64,000 nucleotides of DNA from the human T2T-CHM13v2.0 reference genome, Homo sapiens (GCF_009914755.1 NC_060933.1), one strand, 5' to 3'; counted from the stretch's first letter, positions 43,039 through 57,655 are shown. Notes: generated by a model from the sequence alone, not told the origin. Translations and numbers: made by a program.

Positions 43039-44107
43039 CTATGAATCTTAACAAGAAATGATTCAACCAACCCACAAGTCCTAGAATTTCCCCCAGTTAA
43101 TCAGGGATGAAACAAAAAATGCCGCCCCAAAGCAATACTCCGAACTGAACAGACACTACCTATTCTGGGGCTAGTTAAGATCGCAAACTTTAAGAGCCAT
43201 GAAGTAAAAGAGAAAAAGCCAGCAACAAGCCTGGGAAGGAGGCGTGGCTGGAACTGAAAGCCAAGGTCTAACATGACTGTAGTCTTTATTGGTCTTTTTG
43301 TCATACTTAAACACATAAAAAATACTTGTTTCAGCTCTTCCAACCTACAGGTCAATGATCCTAAGTAATAACAATAACATTTATATGATTCTTTATGACT
43401 TCCAGGATGTTATGTCATTTGATACAATAATGTCTAGGATAAGCTCTACATTAAGAGGATGCTGAGTGTTCACTGATGGCAGAAGCTTTTGCAGACACCT
43501 GGTTCTTTTGACACAGACAAAAGAAAGAAATCACTTTTCCATTGGCAGAGTACATGTGTTTGGTGTGGGGCACTGCCCCATGGAACTGTTCATCTTCTTC
43601 TTTTAGTGTGTTTGTACAAGGTGGGAGGGGTGAGAGGCTCTCAGTCCTCTCCTCATTGAGAGGAGGAGAGAACTCATGATTTAAAATGTCTTTCTAGTCT
43701 TTGGTTTGTTTTTTCTCTAAGGAAATCAAGAGATCTAAATGCCCTGTAAGAAATCTGATTCAGATCGGGTGTTGGGAATGATGACTGTAAGATGTAAACT
43801 GCATTCTGTGAAAAAAGAAGTGACATTATCTTGAGGGATTTCTGGACAATTTGTAGACCATGCTGTCGGAGGGTAACTCTAACTCCATTTTGCCTAAGTT
43901 GAGGAGACATGCATGGAGTGTATAGACTCATGAGTCTGCCACCAAATGGGGATAACACTCAAGGGAACGTTTGTGGCGGAGCCTGAGCGCCATCCTCCAC
44001 CATGGCAAGATTGGATTAGGTGCCCTGTTGTGTCTCCCTTTAGCACACGACACTTACCTCAGACACAACATTTGTCACACTTTTAAATAACTGTCTGTTT
44101 AGTTGTC

Positions 44108-44675
44108 TGTGATGGTTAATATTAGGTGTCAACTTGATGGTGTTGAGGGATGCCAAATGGCTGGTGAAGCATTGTGTCAGGGTGTGTTTTTCAGGGTGTT
44201 GCCAGGGGAGACTGACATTCGAGTCAGTGGACTGGGAGAGGAAGATCCACTCTTAAGGGTACTGTCCAATCTGTTGGGGGCCCGGCTAGTACAAAGCAGG
44301 CACAAGAAGGGGACACAGAGCACTTTTTCTCTTTCTTCTGGAGTGAGAGGCCTTTTTCTCCTACTATCCTTGGACATCAGAATCCAGGTTCTTCAGGTTT
44401 AGACACTGAGATTTGCACCACTGGACCCCTATGGACTCTTGGGCCTTCAGCTTCAGACTGGAGGCTGCACTGTTGGCTTCCCTGGTTCTGGGGCTTTTTG
44501 GACTGAGCCAGGCTACTGGCTTCTCTGGGAGCCACACTACCAGACTCTGGTTCTCCAACTTGCAGACGACCTATCATAAGACTTTGCCACTGTGATTGTT
44601 TGAGCCAATTCCCCCTAATAAATCCACTTTCATATGGATCCTACTGGTTCTGTCCCTCTGAAGCAGCCTAATACG
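44108..44675 (+). mobile_element. MLT2A2/MLT2B-like HERV-L solo LTR inserted in an L2
   Basis: tgtgatggttaatatt..gtgtcaacttga start; gagtcagtggactgggagagga; ggttctgtccctct end. Confidence 0.88.
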
Positions 44676-44738
44676 TGGTTTGTGCCCCATATTAAGCAGT
44701 GAGCAACTTGAGGCAAGGGACTACATCTTATTCACCTG

Positions 44739-45430
44739 TGTGTCAGTTACCAGTTTATTGCCTCTTAGGTCCAAATACATCCTTCAATATATGCTATGAT
44801 AAACCACAGAGTTCCTATAAGCATTTCTCCTTAAAAGGGAACATGATGTGAAGCCTTCTTAGTAGAGGGCACTGGAGGGGCATTGCAGGTGGAAGGGGCT
44901 TTCTGTAATTTCTGGTGAGAGGAAGGCAGAAGGACATCCAGAGTTATCCATTGCTGCCTGCCAGAGCCACAGACAGTCAGGAACTACCCCACCGCGTAGC
45001 CTGGGCCTGGTAATAACCCATTCACAACTCTCTATGCAGAACTCAAAGACCCCTTGCTCCACATCCCACCATGAACAGGGCTGCCTGAATGGCCATGTCA
45101 TAGTTGCTGATGGTCTGCTCCCAACCTGCAGTACCGAGGGCTGACTGTTGTTTGCAATTCCAGACTAACACTGGACTGGCTAAACTGGTGAATATCTCTC
45201 CATTTTGTAGCTGAATATAACTTCAAAGTGATTGCCAAGTTTATTTTTTCTTCGCTACTGTCCCTCAGCCCTAGGGTACTATATAAAGTTTCCTTATCTA
45301 TTATAGTTAATAATCCTTATATTAAGCTTCCTCTGTAAAACCTACAGAGTTTTAGTTTTATAGCTTAATTCTTATATTAAACTTCCTCTGTAAAACCTAC
45401 AGAGTGTGGTTTCTATCTCCTGATCACTAC
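44739..45430 (+). mobile_element. LTR52/LTR41-like ERVL LTR
   Basis: tgtgtcagtta...ttattgcctct.ag.tccaaat start; agtagagggcactgga; gtgtggtttctatctcctga end. Confidence 0.65.
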
Positions 45431-45745
45431 AATCCAAGAATATTCTTTGCCCAGTGCAGTGCCTGACACCTTGGAAGTTACCAGTAAATATTCATTGAAT
45501 GTTCAACAAATGAATGGAGGGATGAGTGAATGAGAGGGGTAAAGGATCCCTAACTCTTGCACATTGGCTGTCTTGCAGACTAGCATTTCAATGTCTCCTG
45601 ACAAAGCATCATCTCTACTTTTGTCACATCTAATCAAAGAGTCATCAAATCATTAGCAAGGAGTTTGGTGACCATAATCTTCTGGTTCTGAGCCAAACAG
45701 TGTTAGTTTCTAAGTCCTCAGAAATTACATATAAGTTTTACCCTT

Positions 45746-46166
45746 TATATTAGTCAAGATTCTCCAGATAAACAGAACCAATAGGATATTTACATGTACA
45801 GAGAGAAAGAGATTTATTATAAGGAATTGCTTTGCACCGTTAAAGAAACCAGAGTGCAAAAACTGCATGGTGGACCAGCATGCTGGAGACCCAGGAGAGC
45901 TGATGCTGCAGATGACATCTAAAGGCTGTCTTCTGAGAAATTCTCTCTCGCTTGAGGGAGGCTGGTCTTTTTGTTCAATTCCTACCTTCAACTGATTGGA
46001 TGAGGCCCACCCACAGTGTGAAGGACAAAGTGTTTTACTTAAAGTTCACCAATTTAAATGTTGATATTACCCAAAACACCCTCACAGAAACACCTAGAAT
46101 AATGTTTCACCAAATGTCTGGACACCCCATGGCCCAGCCTATTGACATGTAAAATTAACCTTCACA
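45746..46166 (-). mobile_element. MLT2C/D ERVL LTR
   Basis: attagtca..ttctccaga..aacagaaccaatagga; actgattggatgaggcccaccc; aaaattaacc.tcaca. Confidence 0.88.
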
Positions 46167-48554
46167 CACCCCTGTAAGCCCCTAAACTCATCTATAGCAG
46201 GAAAAAGAGGAGAGGGGATGGTGTAGTTATCATCATTTAGGAATTTGGCCTGGGCTGCCACCACAGATGTGATTCAGCTATGAGGACTTAGCCAGCACAC
46301 AGTTCCCTAATGTTCCAACTTTAGGAGATTCACGTCAGTTCCCTTGTAAGAGATCTTTCTCTGTCTCCTGTAGGGATATGTCATTTTCATCAGAACATGG
46401 CATTCTCTCCTAATGCTGCTTCAAACAGAGAAATGGCATTTAGGAAAAGCCTATAAACCTATCCCAGTGGAAGTGGAAATATTTTCAGATTACTGAGGCC
46501 CTGAAGTAGGGCAATAAATAAATAATAGTTTAACATTCTCATCTGGAAGAGGAATTGGTGCAAGCACTGAGGTTCTAATAGAATTGACTTCATTCTCTTC
46601 CATATCAGAAGGCAGCAAGCACTGACTACTACAGATGAGGTTTGGGTTTTCTCCTTAGGCATTATTCCAAGAATTTTAGATAGGATAATTCTCTTTTCTC
46701 ATCACTACTGACATACTGTTATTTTAACATTCTAGATTGGTTAAAATTCATGCAACCTATAGTGAACCATCCAGATTTCTTTTGCACGGAGTATGCCCAG
46801 ATCATTAAAAACCTGCAGATTTATCAAAGAAAGGGCCATTTGATCTCTTTTTACATCACTAAACATCAACATCCTGATGCTAGAAGTAATATTTTTGGCT
46901 TAGTTCAGTTTATCTTTTTAAATTTTTTACATGAAAGACTGTTTGGTCTAATATTAAAGTGAATTACATGTATTTTGTGTGTCTTACCCACAGCTTTCTG
47001 TATTTATATTTTGTCTGCCTTTTTAAAGGCAAAAATCAAAGTGGGGAAAAATTTGTGGCATGATAGAAAAACCAATTTCAATTCTAAGCTCTTGTTAAAT
47101 GTGTGAGTCTAGGTGTAGCAACCAGAGAAGATGAAATTTCTGAAAGTGTATTACACTTACGAATGTAAAGACCAAATTTTTGGTGTCATTCTGAATGTGC
47201 AACCTTGATATTAGCTGATACATATGCTTGCCAGCATAACATCTGTCTGCAAATGGACAATAGGCTCCACATTGCACTGAGCACATGCATGCAGGCGCAT
47301 GGTCTTCGTGTATAAGCACAGGTATGAGGGTCAGAGATGAACTAACTGCACATCTTGCTGCCTATTTCCACCAATTTTTAAATACGCCAATACTAGATTT
47401 TAGTCTACATTTACAGATGTGTATTTTAATACAAATAAGAAATTTACCTCTTTTCTGTTTCACTGTTCTTCTTGGAGCTAGAGAGAATTTTCTCCTGTAA
47501 ACATCTCTAAATTCAACCAGGTGAACAAAGTTTTCTTTAAGAATGACAATAAAGAAGTATAGAACATAGAGTAAAATATTCTACTATAGTAAAATATTCT
47601 ACTGTTATCATCTAAATATCTTTTTCCCAAAAGGATTCTGATAGTCTGAAGGAAAAGTACAATTTCTTCCTGCTACCCTATTAAAATAATTAAGGATCGG
47701 TTTTAGGACTCCCTAACAATTGTTTTCAGGAAAGTAGATTTAAGGAGCTTTATCCTCTAGTGACTTAATCCTAGGAGATAATTGTAAAAGGGAGATTGTC
47801 ATGTTAGATATGAAAGGAATCTTTGCAGGTTTCATTCTATCCTGTTTTTATGCTTGTACGTCTCGTTTGGGTTTCTTTGCAACATGGATAAATATGGTTT
47901 TTGCTTTAAAAATAAAAACAATTGTATCATCTCTCCATGTGTCATATCAGACAAGTTCCTTTTGAAATAAAGTAGATGGAGCTTTATGAAACGTACCTCT
48001 GCTTCCTGTCTTCAGAGATTACATAGTCTGATTAATAATCAATATCAGGTATTCCCTTGAACCTCTAAAAGCTGCATTCAGTTTGCTAAGAAATTTAAAC
48101 TATAAAATTAAAATTAAAGGAAGAAACTTTCCTCAAGGTCCATATAAAAAGAAAAAAATTAACTTCTGGTTAAAATGATTGCATCAAATAAGGCAGTAAT
48201 GAGCCAATCTGAATAATAAGTTTGAAAGTCATGTTACCATTTTCTGAGGATAAGAGAGCAAATTGCCCCACATGGAATAGCAGAAGGAACCTTTTCTCCT
48301 TTCCTTTCCCCTTGAAAAAGACACGTGTCTCCTAAAAGGGGAAGGAGGGACTAGGAAGCCAAACTGGCAACTACAGGATGAAAACTCGTCCTCCTGGCAT
48401 GCTCAGTGTTGTTGTTCTTCAGGCTTTTCTGTCTGTCCAGAGGGAAACCTACGCCAAGAATTTCATCTTGCCTTTTCTTTCAGTAGATCTGGCATGAATT
48501 TCCTGGCTTACAGGTACCTTTTGAAATGTGAGGATCAAGTATAAATTGCATTTT

Positions 48555-48848
<294 letters not shown>

Positions 48849-48852
48849 ATAA

Positions 48853-49176
<324 letters not shown>

Positions 49177-49267
49177 ATAAATTAGATTTTATTGATTTGT
49201 TAAATCAGCATTGATCATGTCCACCAAAAAGAATATGGGAGGATAGTAGGGAAAAGGTAATAAAATA

Positions 49268-49492
49268 CAGTGCTGGTTTTCAAACTGTGCTGTAAGAAAC
49301 CCTAGGAATTCATGGAGCCCTTAAAAGCCACTATAAGATGCAAAGGAGTAGGTCTGTGGGTAAGCAGGCCTGACTTGCCCTACGTCACCCTTGACCACAT
49401 TTATTTCAATAGAGACACTTCTGTTCAATCAGGTTTTACATGCCCAGAGTCCACATAAGATTTCATTTGGAAAAAAAAAAAATCTTGGAAAC
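49268..49492. mobile_element. hAT-Charlie MITE (MER103-like)
   Basis: tggttttcaaactgtg start; tccacataagatttcatttg. Confidence 0.55.
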
Positions 49493-49656
49493 ATACAGAC
49501 ACACACAAACTCTATATGAAAACCCTCAAACAATTTGTATTTCCCTTCAGACTCAAAGGATTCTGATTGACTATTGGTTGTCCATTAGCCCAGGGCCTGT
49601 GTAATACCCACATGCTTGCATTAGGGAGTGCTGTCGAACATTAGCTATTTCTTTCT

Positions 49657-49946
<290 letters not shown>

Positions 49947-50087
49947 ACTATTTATTTCTTTATGTAGTTCCCTTGTATTCCTTGGTGAGTTTCCATTGGT
50001 TCAGAGCTTCACAAATGGGGAAATAAATTGTATTACAATTCAATGGTTTTCCACCAGAGAAACTATTGTTAAACTTTCTCCAGTTAC

Positions 50088-50327
50088 CAGAATCACTTAG
50101 GAACTTGGTAAGAATAAGAAGGCCAGAAGCAATCCTTCTTCAGCCAGCCTGATCTTCTGTGTTCTTCATGATCTTTCCAGATGATGTGTATACAAACTGA
50201 AGTTGAAAATCACCGATTTCTAAGAAAAGAGTCACTGATGCTTGTCCTTTGTTTGTTATCACTACAAAATGCATTCTATACCGTTTGGTTTGTCCTGGGG
50301 AAAGAATATCTATAGCCACTGCTAACA
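50088..50327 (-). pseudogene. Gene C exon, DCX-like
   Basis: Acceptor ctttctttctatttctaag, donor CTG|gtaact; VLAVAIDILSPGQTKRYRMHFVVITNKGQASVTLFLEIGDFQLQFVYTSSGKIMKNTED. Confidence 0.68.
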
Positions 50328-50427
50328 CTTAGAAATAGAAAGAAAGCTAAAGAACAATCATGAGACATATTTATGGTGCAGACTATTTGACACAGCATGA
50401 TTTAGGCAAATATTAAATCAAAGTTCT

Positions 50428-50856
50428 GGTCTCAGTACATTTTCTGTTGCCTATAACAGAATACCTAAAATTGGGTAATTTGTAAAGAAAAGGAATTTAT
50501 TTTTACAGTTATGGAGGCTGAAAAGTCCAAGGTAAAGCATCTGGCAAGGGCCTTGTTGCTGATGGTAACTGTCTGCAGAGTCCTAAGGCAGCTCAGGGTG
50601 TCACATGGCGAGGGGCCTGAGAGCCCTAACACAGATCTCTCTTCCTTTTCTTATAAAGTCACTAGTACCACTTTCATGATAACCAGTTAATTCATTGATC
50701 CATTAATCCACTCATCCATGAATAAACTAATCCATTCACCAGGGCAGAGCCCTCGCCATGATCCAATCACTTTGTAAGGCCCCACCTCAATACTGTCCCA
50801 TTGGGGCTTAAGTTTTAACATGAGTTTTGAAAAGGGCAAACATTCAAACCATAGCA
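50428..50856 (-). mobile_element. MSTB-type MaLR solo LTR
   Basis: ataacagaatacc..aa.tgggtaattt...ccattaatcca...acattcaaaccatagca. Confidence 0.88.
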
Positions 50857-51464
50857 GTTCTCTAAGAAAACAACATGTTCCAACAACATTATTTCCTGGT
50901 GCTCATTCATTGATTCATTTAATACACATTTGGTAATGGAAGGCAGGTAAATAAATTAATAATTCCAGGTCAATAAGATAAGTGACTAAAGGAGGTACAG
51001 GGTGAGTGTGAGTGATAAACATCTACGTTTTCTCAGTATTTTAAGAAATCCTTCACAGTGGACAAGCATTTGAGTTGAAGCCCAATGCCGGGATTTACTT
51101 CCTAACTTTTCCAGAATCAGAAAACTAAAGGCTATGGATAGTCCTTATCTACTTTATATTAAGAAATATCATCAGGATTATTTAAAATAAAACCTAATTT
51201 TCTCATTTTAACTGTGCTTTTCTATAACTTATTAAGTTGACTCCAAAACCCTTGAGATCTTCAATTAGGAGCACGTGGATAATCATCTTTCAAAATCAGT
51301 GTTGCTTCTCTACCTTCTGTCTCAGAATTGATATATTCCTCGTTGTGGCTCATATTTTTTACTGCAATCAGGAACCAAGCCCAAGCCAAGAAGATATCTG
51401 TTGTAATGTAGAAAGTGGGCTTCGATGTATCTTGATCATAAGAAAGTCTTTAACATCTACCTAT

Positions 51465-51805
51465 TGTTGTTGTTGGTTATTATTTTATTTTATTTTATTT
51501 TATTATTTTATTATTTTTTGAGATGGAGTCTCACTCTGTTGCCCAGGCTGGAGTGCAGTGGTGTGATCTCAGCTCACTCCAACCTCTGGACTCCCAGGCT
51601 CAAGTGAATCTCCTGCCTCAGCCTCCCAAGTAGCTGGGAATACAGACGTGTGCCACCATACCTGGATGATTTTTGTATTTTTAGTAGAGACAGGGTTTCC
51701 GCATGTTGGCCAGGCTGGTCTCAAACTCCTGACCTCAGGTGATTCACCCACCTTGGCCTCCCAAAGTGCTGAGATTGCAGGTGTGAGCCACCACTGTGCC
51801 TGGCC
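51465..51805 (-). mobile_element. AluS inserted inside a gene C exon
   Basis: Full dimer with (TTTTA)n tail; TSD TACCTAT(T/G)GTT at 51458 and 51806. Confidence 0.95.
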
Positions 51806-52189
51806 TACCTATGGTTATTAAAACAGGTTTTGCTTCAAATAGCCTTGGATCTGAGGGGTGCTTTCGCATTCACACACCCTTATTAGTCAATACAATGCCC
51901 ATATCAATACTCCCCCACCCACTTCTACTCTACCACCCACCCCAGGCCCTACATCTCTTATATATCTATAACAACTACACATCTCGGCTTGAATCAATCC
52001 AGCCTAAGAATTTATTCCAATTGAATGGAAGAAGGATTAGGTAGAAAAGACTAAAGGTATTCTAAGTTTCTCCTCTCCTTTGGTATAGTTTCTCATACTA
52101 CAGCACAGGAAACAAATCTGAAATACATACTGTAATGAAGCATGTCATAAAATAACATAATCTAATTCCCACATGAAAATTAAAGTGCA

Positions 52190-52430
52190 TGTTTCAGTAG
52201 AGTGAATAAACTGCTGGACTTGCCGTCAAAAGACCAATATTTAAATCCTTATTTTGCTATTTATTATGCATTACCTTAGACAACTCCCTGTAGTATTGTT
52301 TTCTTATCTGTAAAAACATGCATCATGATACTTTCCTTGCAGAATTATTGGGAAGATCCAGTTAAATAACTTAAGTGAAAACACCTAGGATTGTAACTGG
52401 AACATATTAGAATCCTCATAAATTATTATC
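52190..52430 (+). mobile_element. MIR
   Basis: gtttttcttatctgtaaaa core, accttagacaa. Confidence 0.65.
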
Positions 52431-53946
52431 AAAATAAAATTTATTTTTTCCAAAATATCTTTTGGAAAAAGTCATTTGTTGAGAGATAAAGTAAAATAAA
52501 ATTAGATTTTTTTCATGACTCACATGGGAACTGGGTGGAATATCACTTTCAATCCTTTCTTATGGAGAAAAATGAAACACAATTCATTCACTTAACAAAT
52601 ATTTACTGAGGGTCTATTACATGCTGTCATTAGTCTAAGTGCTTAGGCTTCATCAGTGAACACAACTCTTGCCTTCATAAAGCTTATAGTCTAGTGAGCA
52701 ACAAGATATTTTCTTGGTTTTTTTCAAAGCCCATCTCCAGTCAATAGAACACACACACACACACACACACACCCCATATGCTTTGTGACTGTTGCACAAT
52801 TTCTTTTCTGTTGCTCTTGCCAAAAAAAGAATAAGAATGCATGTACATGTATAGGAGTCACCAAAATATATGCGAGTCTCCACATAAGGTCATGCACATT
52901 GACTACAATGTGAGAAGTGACCTTGGAGTTATTCAAGTTGGTGGCCATAAATATACATAAAAATAAAACTCTGCTTTCTAGCTAAATTTTAGCTTTAATT
53001 GTAGTCCTTGTCAGAATTCTCCAGACTAGAAGTATTCTTCAGTGAATAACCCATGCAAAATGAAGATTAAAAATTATTTTGTTAATGCCCTACACTACAT
53101 AAAATGTTGCTATAAAGGAAATTGACGTAGATCTTACAGATGGCATTTTTGGAAAATAAACTAGCCCTAGACTGAGCAAATTCTTATGACACTAGATCAC
53201 TGGGGAGTGCTTTTATTAGAAGGGAGTTAGGGAGAGATCCTCCAAGAGATTGATGTTTGAAATGGAAGAATCACAAAGCATTTCTTCTCATTGTTGGAAG
53301 TAGATAACTATTTTTAAAAAGGCATTAAAACCTGTCATGTTCACCCACACAAAGTCTCAAGTGACCATGTGTCTTATTCCTGAAAACTCTCATAATTTTC
53401 CTGTTAATAAGGCAAAGGAAAAGGGACCATGTGAATTGCAGTCATTGGTAATCATTTGAGGACTACAGTGTTGTCTCTAGCTTCATAGCTCTAAAGTCCA
53501 CTATTTGATGGATTAAGTAGGATAGAAGTGGATAAAGTACTGACATTACAGGGGTTAAAACCCCTGGTCTCAGTACCAGACATTGAGCAATGGAGCAGGG
53601 CTGCTATGGATGATTCATGCTCCTGGAGTTTCTCAGGGCCAGAAATGAGTGATTATTTCCTTTGTGCATGACTTGGGCCATGCCTGGCAGACAGCTGGCC
53701 TCGGGGCATCTTAGAGCCTATTCAAAAGTGTGACCAGACTTTAGTAGAGGATGCTGAAAGAGTCACTCTATTCTTAGCAACTGAGAAAGGAGTAAGTCAG
53801 AATTGAGATGTGTTTGATCTCATCAAATGAATTGTAGATACGATCCTCAGCAATGAGGGGAGTAATGGGAGTGGTCTCTGAAGAACTTGCAGAAATTCAT
53901 AGAAAGAGTCACATTTTAATGTCCGTTGAGCCCATAAAATACTGAC

Positions 53947-54308
53947 TGATATGGTTTGGCTGTGTCCCCACCCAAATCTCACCTTGAATTGTAGCTCCCA
54001 TAATTCCCACGTGTTGTGGGAGGGGACTGGTAGGAGATAACTGAATCATGGGGGCAGTTCCCCCCACACTGTTCTCATGGTAGTGAATAAGTCTCACGAG
54101 ATCTGATGGTTTTAAAAGGGGAAACCCCTTTTACTTGGCTCTCATTCTCTCTTGTCTGCCGCCATGTAAGACATGCCTTTCACCTTCTGCCGTGATTGTG
54201 AGGCCTCCCCGGCCACACAGAACTGTGAGTTCATTAAAACTCTTTTTACTTATAAATTACCCAGTCTTGAGTATGTCTTTATTAGCAGTGTGAGAACAGA
54301 CTAATCCA
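53947..54308 (+). mobile_element. THE1 (THE1B-like) solo LTR
   Basis: tgatatggtttggctgtgtccccacccaaatctc...gactaatcca; perfect 5-bp TSD CTGAC at 53942-53946 and 54309-54313. Confidence 0.95.
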
Positions 54309-55646
54309 CTGACCTTGGATTAGAATGACAGTACCCACTAAGTTATATTCTTGACTTCTTATATCTTGTCCCATCCTATGAACCAACCCTGGTTAGCAAC
54401 ATGGAAAGGGGGAAAAAAAAAATCACTGCCCTAGATTGGAAGGGGAGAAGCTGACTGCTGTCCCTCTCTTTGCTGACCAGAGGCTTCTAGTACGCAGCAG
54501 GCAGGAGACGAGTGAGGAGAAGCTTTTAGATTTAAATCATGATGGCAGTGTTAATTTTCAAATCAAGATGGACTTTACAATTACTCAATTGAGACTGTGT
54601 TTTATGACAGGAAGTGACTAGAGAATACTCTGTGTTACCCAAAAGTAACTAGTTGAACTAGTTGGGGACTGAGTTTTTAATCCAGGAGCAAGAACTAACC
54701 AAACAGAGCAATTAGGGAGACAGTGGGAGTAAAAATAGAAGTTGCTTGAGGATTACATTGCATGGGTTGCAGTTACTCAAGATACAGGTGACAGACGGTG
54801 CTTTGATTCATTCACTACCACAGTGACCAGGTGTGTATCAGCTTTGGAAGGAATAAAATGCATACAATTTCTTAAAATCTAACAGGGAGACTATATTCCA
54901 TCTCTTTGCCTGCACAGTTTGGAAAAGATTTTTAACACATGAAACTTTCCATGATGTCTTTGAGGACTTTAGATAAGGGTGAGGAAGAGGAATTAATGAG
55001 GCACAGTGCCTAGCCAATATGACTCAAAGTTTCCATGAGCCACTGCCCCATGTCTGAATGCCCTCTGGGGAGCTACACCTCTCTCTTTGTTTCATATATA
55101 CGTATCCTTGTTTTACATCCAAGTTTTCAGGTTAAACTATAGTAACGATAAATCCAGAATGCTTCCTAGGCTGAGCCAGGCTATAAGAGTTTGACATAGA
55201 CATAATTATCATAAGTCTAACCTTTCTTTAGCAATTCTTTCATGCCATCCATATGTTGTGATTACAAGGGCCAAAGAAAGGATTTCTGACATGACAGGTT
55301 TTTCTTCATCTAATAGCTGATGCTTGAAATTTATATAACAAGGAATAGTCATTCATTCCATAGTCAGATATAAGGCTTACTTTATACATCCACATATGAC
55401 TCAAACACACTCTAAATTGTAAATATCAGATAATTTCCTAAGAATAAATTTGGGAGTAAATGTGAGGAAACCAAAGGTGAAGTAGGAAGAGCAGTAAGTA
55501 AAATAAAAAGAAATATTGGCCTGGCAAATTTAAGCAAATCTTCCTCTACCTCATGCTTGCCTTAGAACTCCATCTGTTTCTAAAGAGATTTGTGAGAATG
55601 AAGTTTTCAGAAACCATTTTTGGTCATTGAATTACAAAGTACACAC

Positions 55647-55870
55647 CTTGGCAACTGAAGATATCATGTTGTGAAGTTTAGATTCATTGGCATCATAAAG
55701 ACGGTAGACTTCTTTATTCAGTCTAACACCCTTTGAAATATTTCCCAAGCATATAACTTTTAAACTGCTAGACTCTGCTATCACTATCTTCTCACACTTT
55801 AGAGAGTTAGTCTTGTCAAAACTGGACTTCAGGGATTCCAAGTCAGCAAATTGATTTATGGAATAAGTGG
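55647..55870 (-). pseudogene. Gene C exon, stop-free, DCX-like core
   Basis: tatatag|CC ACT TAT ... GCC AAG|gtgtgt; ATYSINQFADLESLKSSFDKTNSLKCEKIVIAESSSLKVICLGNISKGVRLNKEVYRLYDANESKLHNMISSVAK. Confidence 0.72.
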
Positions 55871-57044
55871 CTATATACGAATAACAGGTGAAAGTTTCAG
55901 TGAGCATTCACTTTCCTCTGACCAGGTCATTTAATTACAATATGGTATTGTTTCATTTGAATCACTCTGAATTCTGTTTCTTATGATGAAAAAACTTGTT
56001 ATTCCTAATTACTACTTAACTTATATGATAATACATAAAGTATTAACCAATTACTTAATACTTTATGAAAATAACTATAATTCTTAATTAGTATATTCCC
56101 AGTAGATTTGACATATTCAGAATGTTTCTCAACCAAAAAGAGGAGAATATCATCCTAAGAATTGCTTTTATATTGCTTCATGTTTCATAAATAAAGTACT
56201 ATTATCAAAATTTTTTGTTATAAAAGGTATTTTTGGAGAATTGACTCAAAGACATTTATTTCATAGTATATAATAAGAGAGTGAGCAGAAGTCTTAATAC
56301 AAATGAATACAATGTTTTAAAAATTGATTTTATAAAGATGTTTATTTCCAGTAGATTGCACACCTCATACCCTAGGTAGATACACCAGCATGGTGGATAT
56401 GGTTGATAAAAGAGCTGTGATAACATATCTTCCTCCCATGAGTTTATTTTTCTCTGGGAGAGCTAAGACATGGTGGGAAGCTCCCTGACAATGACATTGT
56501 TAAAATTTCCAACAACTTGCTACAGATGCAGTCCCTGAGCAGCCAAAATAGGTAAAAGGAATACTAGGGAGGGTCCATAAAGGATAAATACGCATAGCAA
56601 TCTGAAAGCAAAGTTTTTTTAACCTTATTGTTTCTCTGATCGACTCCTTTTCCCCATTGTTTCAAGCTGCCTTGTATGCTTCGGATGCCCTATATCACTC
56701 TCTCTCCTACTGAGCAGTACTTAAAAATGACCTATCCCAGCCATACACATATATGAAAACTTGTGTTTCTATGTTGGATATGGTCCTGACTATGAGGAGC
56801 AGATAAATATTGGGCCAAAACCCCTCAAATATCTGACCCTCCTGGTCATACTCTAGAAATAATGTAGGAAAGGCACATATATACACACCAATATTTTAAA
56901 ACTGAGTGCTTTCATACATTAAAATGTATATATTTCTTCCTTTGAAAAATTTTTAATAAGGGACCAGTCTTCCCACCTTGCAACCATCAGTTCTGGGGGA
57001 ATAGACCCTGCACCTTTTAAGCAGATTTATTTAGTTTTTACAGT

Positions 57045-57262
57045 CGGCGGTTATCAACTCAGCATGATTTTTCCCCTCTGGGGACATCTTGCAATGTCTG
57101 GAGACATTTTTGGTTGTCACAACTAGGAGTGGGTATGCTACTGGTATCTAGTAAGTAGAAACGACAGCTAACACTAAGCATTCTACAATGCATAGGATGG
57201 CCTCCAACCAGTAAGAATTATCCAGTTCCAGATGTCAAGAGTAAGGAGATTGAGAAACTCTG
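57045..57262. mobile_element. MER20 hAT-Charlie MITE, nested in an older hAT-like element
   Basis: gcaatgtctggagacatttttggttgtcacaact...aagaattatccag...ttgagaaactctg; flanks (T/C)TACAGT. Confidence 0.88.
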
Positions 57263-57655
57263 CTACAGTGCATACATGACTCACTTCACATTTTGGTTAC
57301 TTGCCAGGGCTTGTAGACATTTGGCTTTGTAATCCCTGCATAACCTCATTCTAAATATCATAAATAGATAGATAGAATAATATGCAATCAGAAAGCTCAA
57401 AATAATTTGTCTAATTTGTAATTGAGAAGCTTGCTACCAAATACAATACTAATTATTAAGCCATATGAGGCAGATATTTGGAGGCTCGCAGGAGGTCTTT
57501 CCTACTCTGATTATCATCCTACCTGTAACTCACACATGAAAGGACAGTTGAGCAGGCTCAGCTGATGAGTTGCCAAATCTATGATCTAAGGGATCTCCCT
57601 AGGAATTCATTACTGATCCACACTTAGAATTTTTAGTATAATACCCTTATGGTTC

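Noticed and set aside
44125-44150. DUX4 site expected in the MLT2A-type LTR
   Set aside because: Degenerate here (tgatggtgttg rather than tgattggattg)
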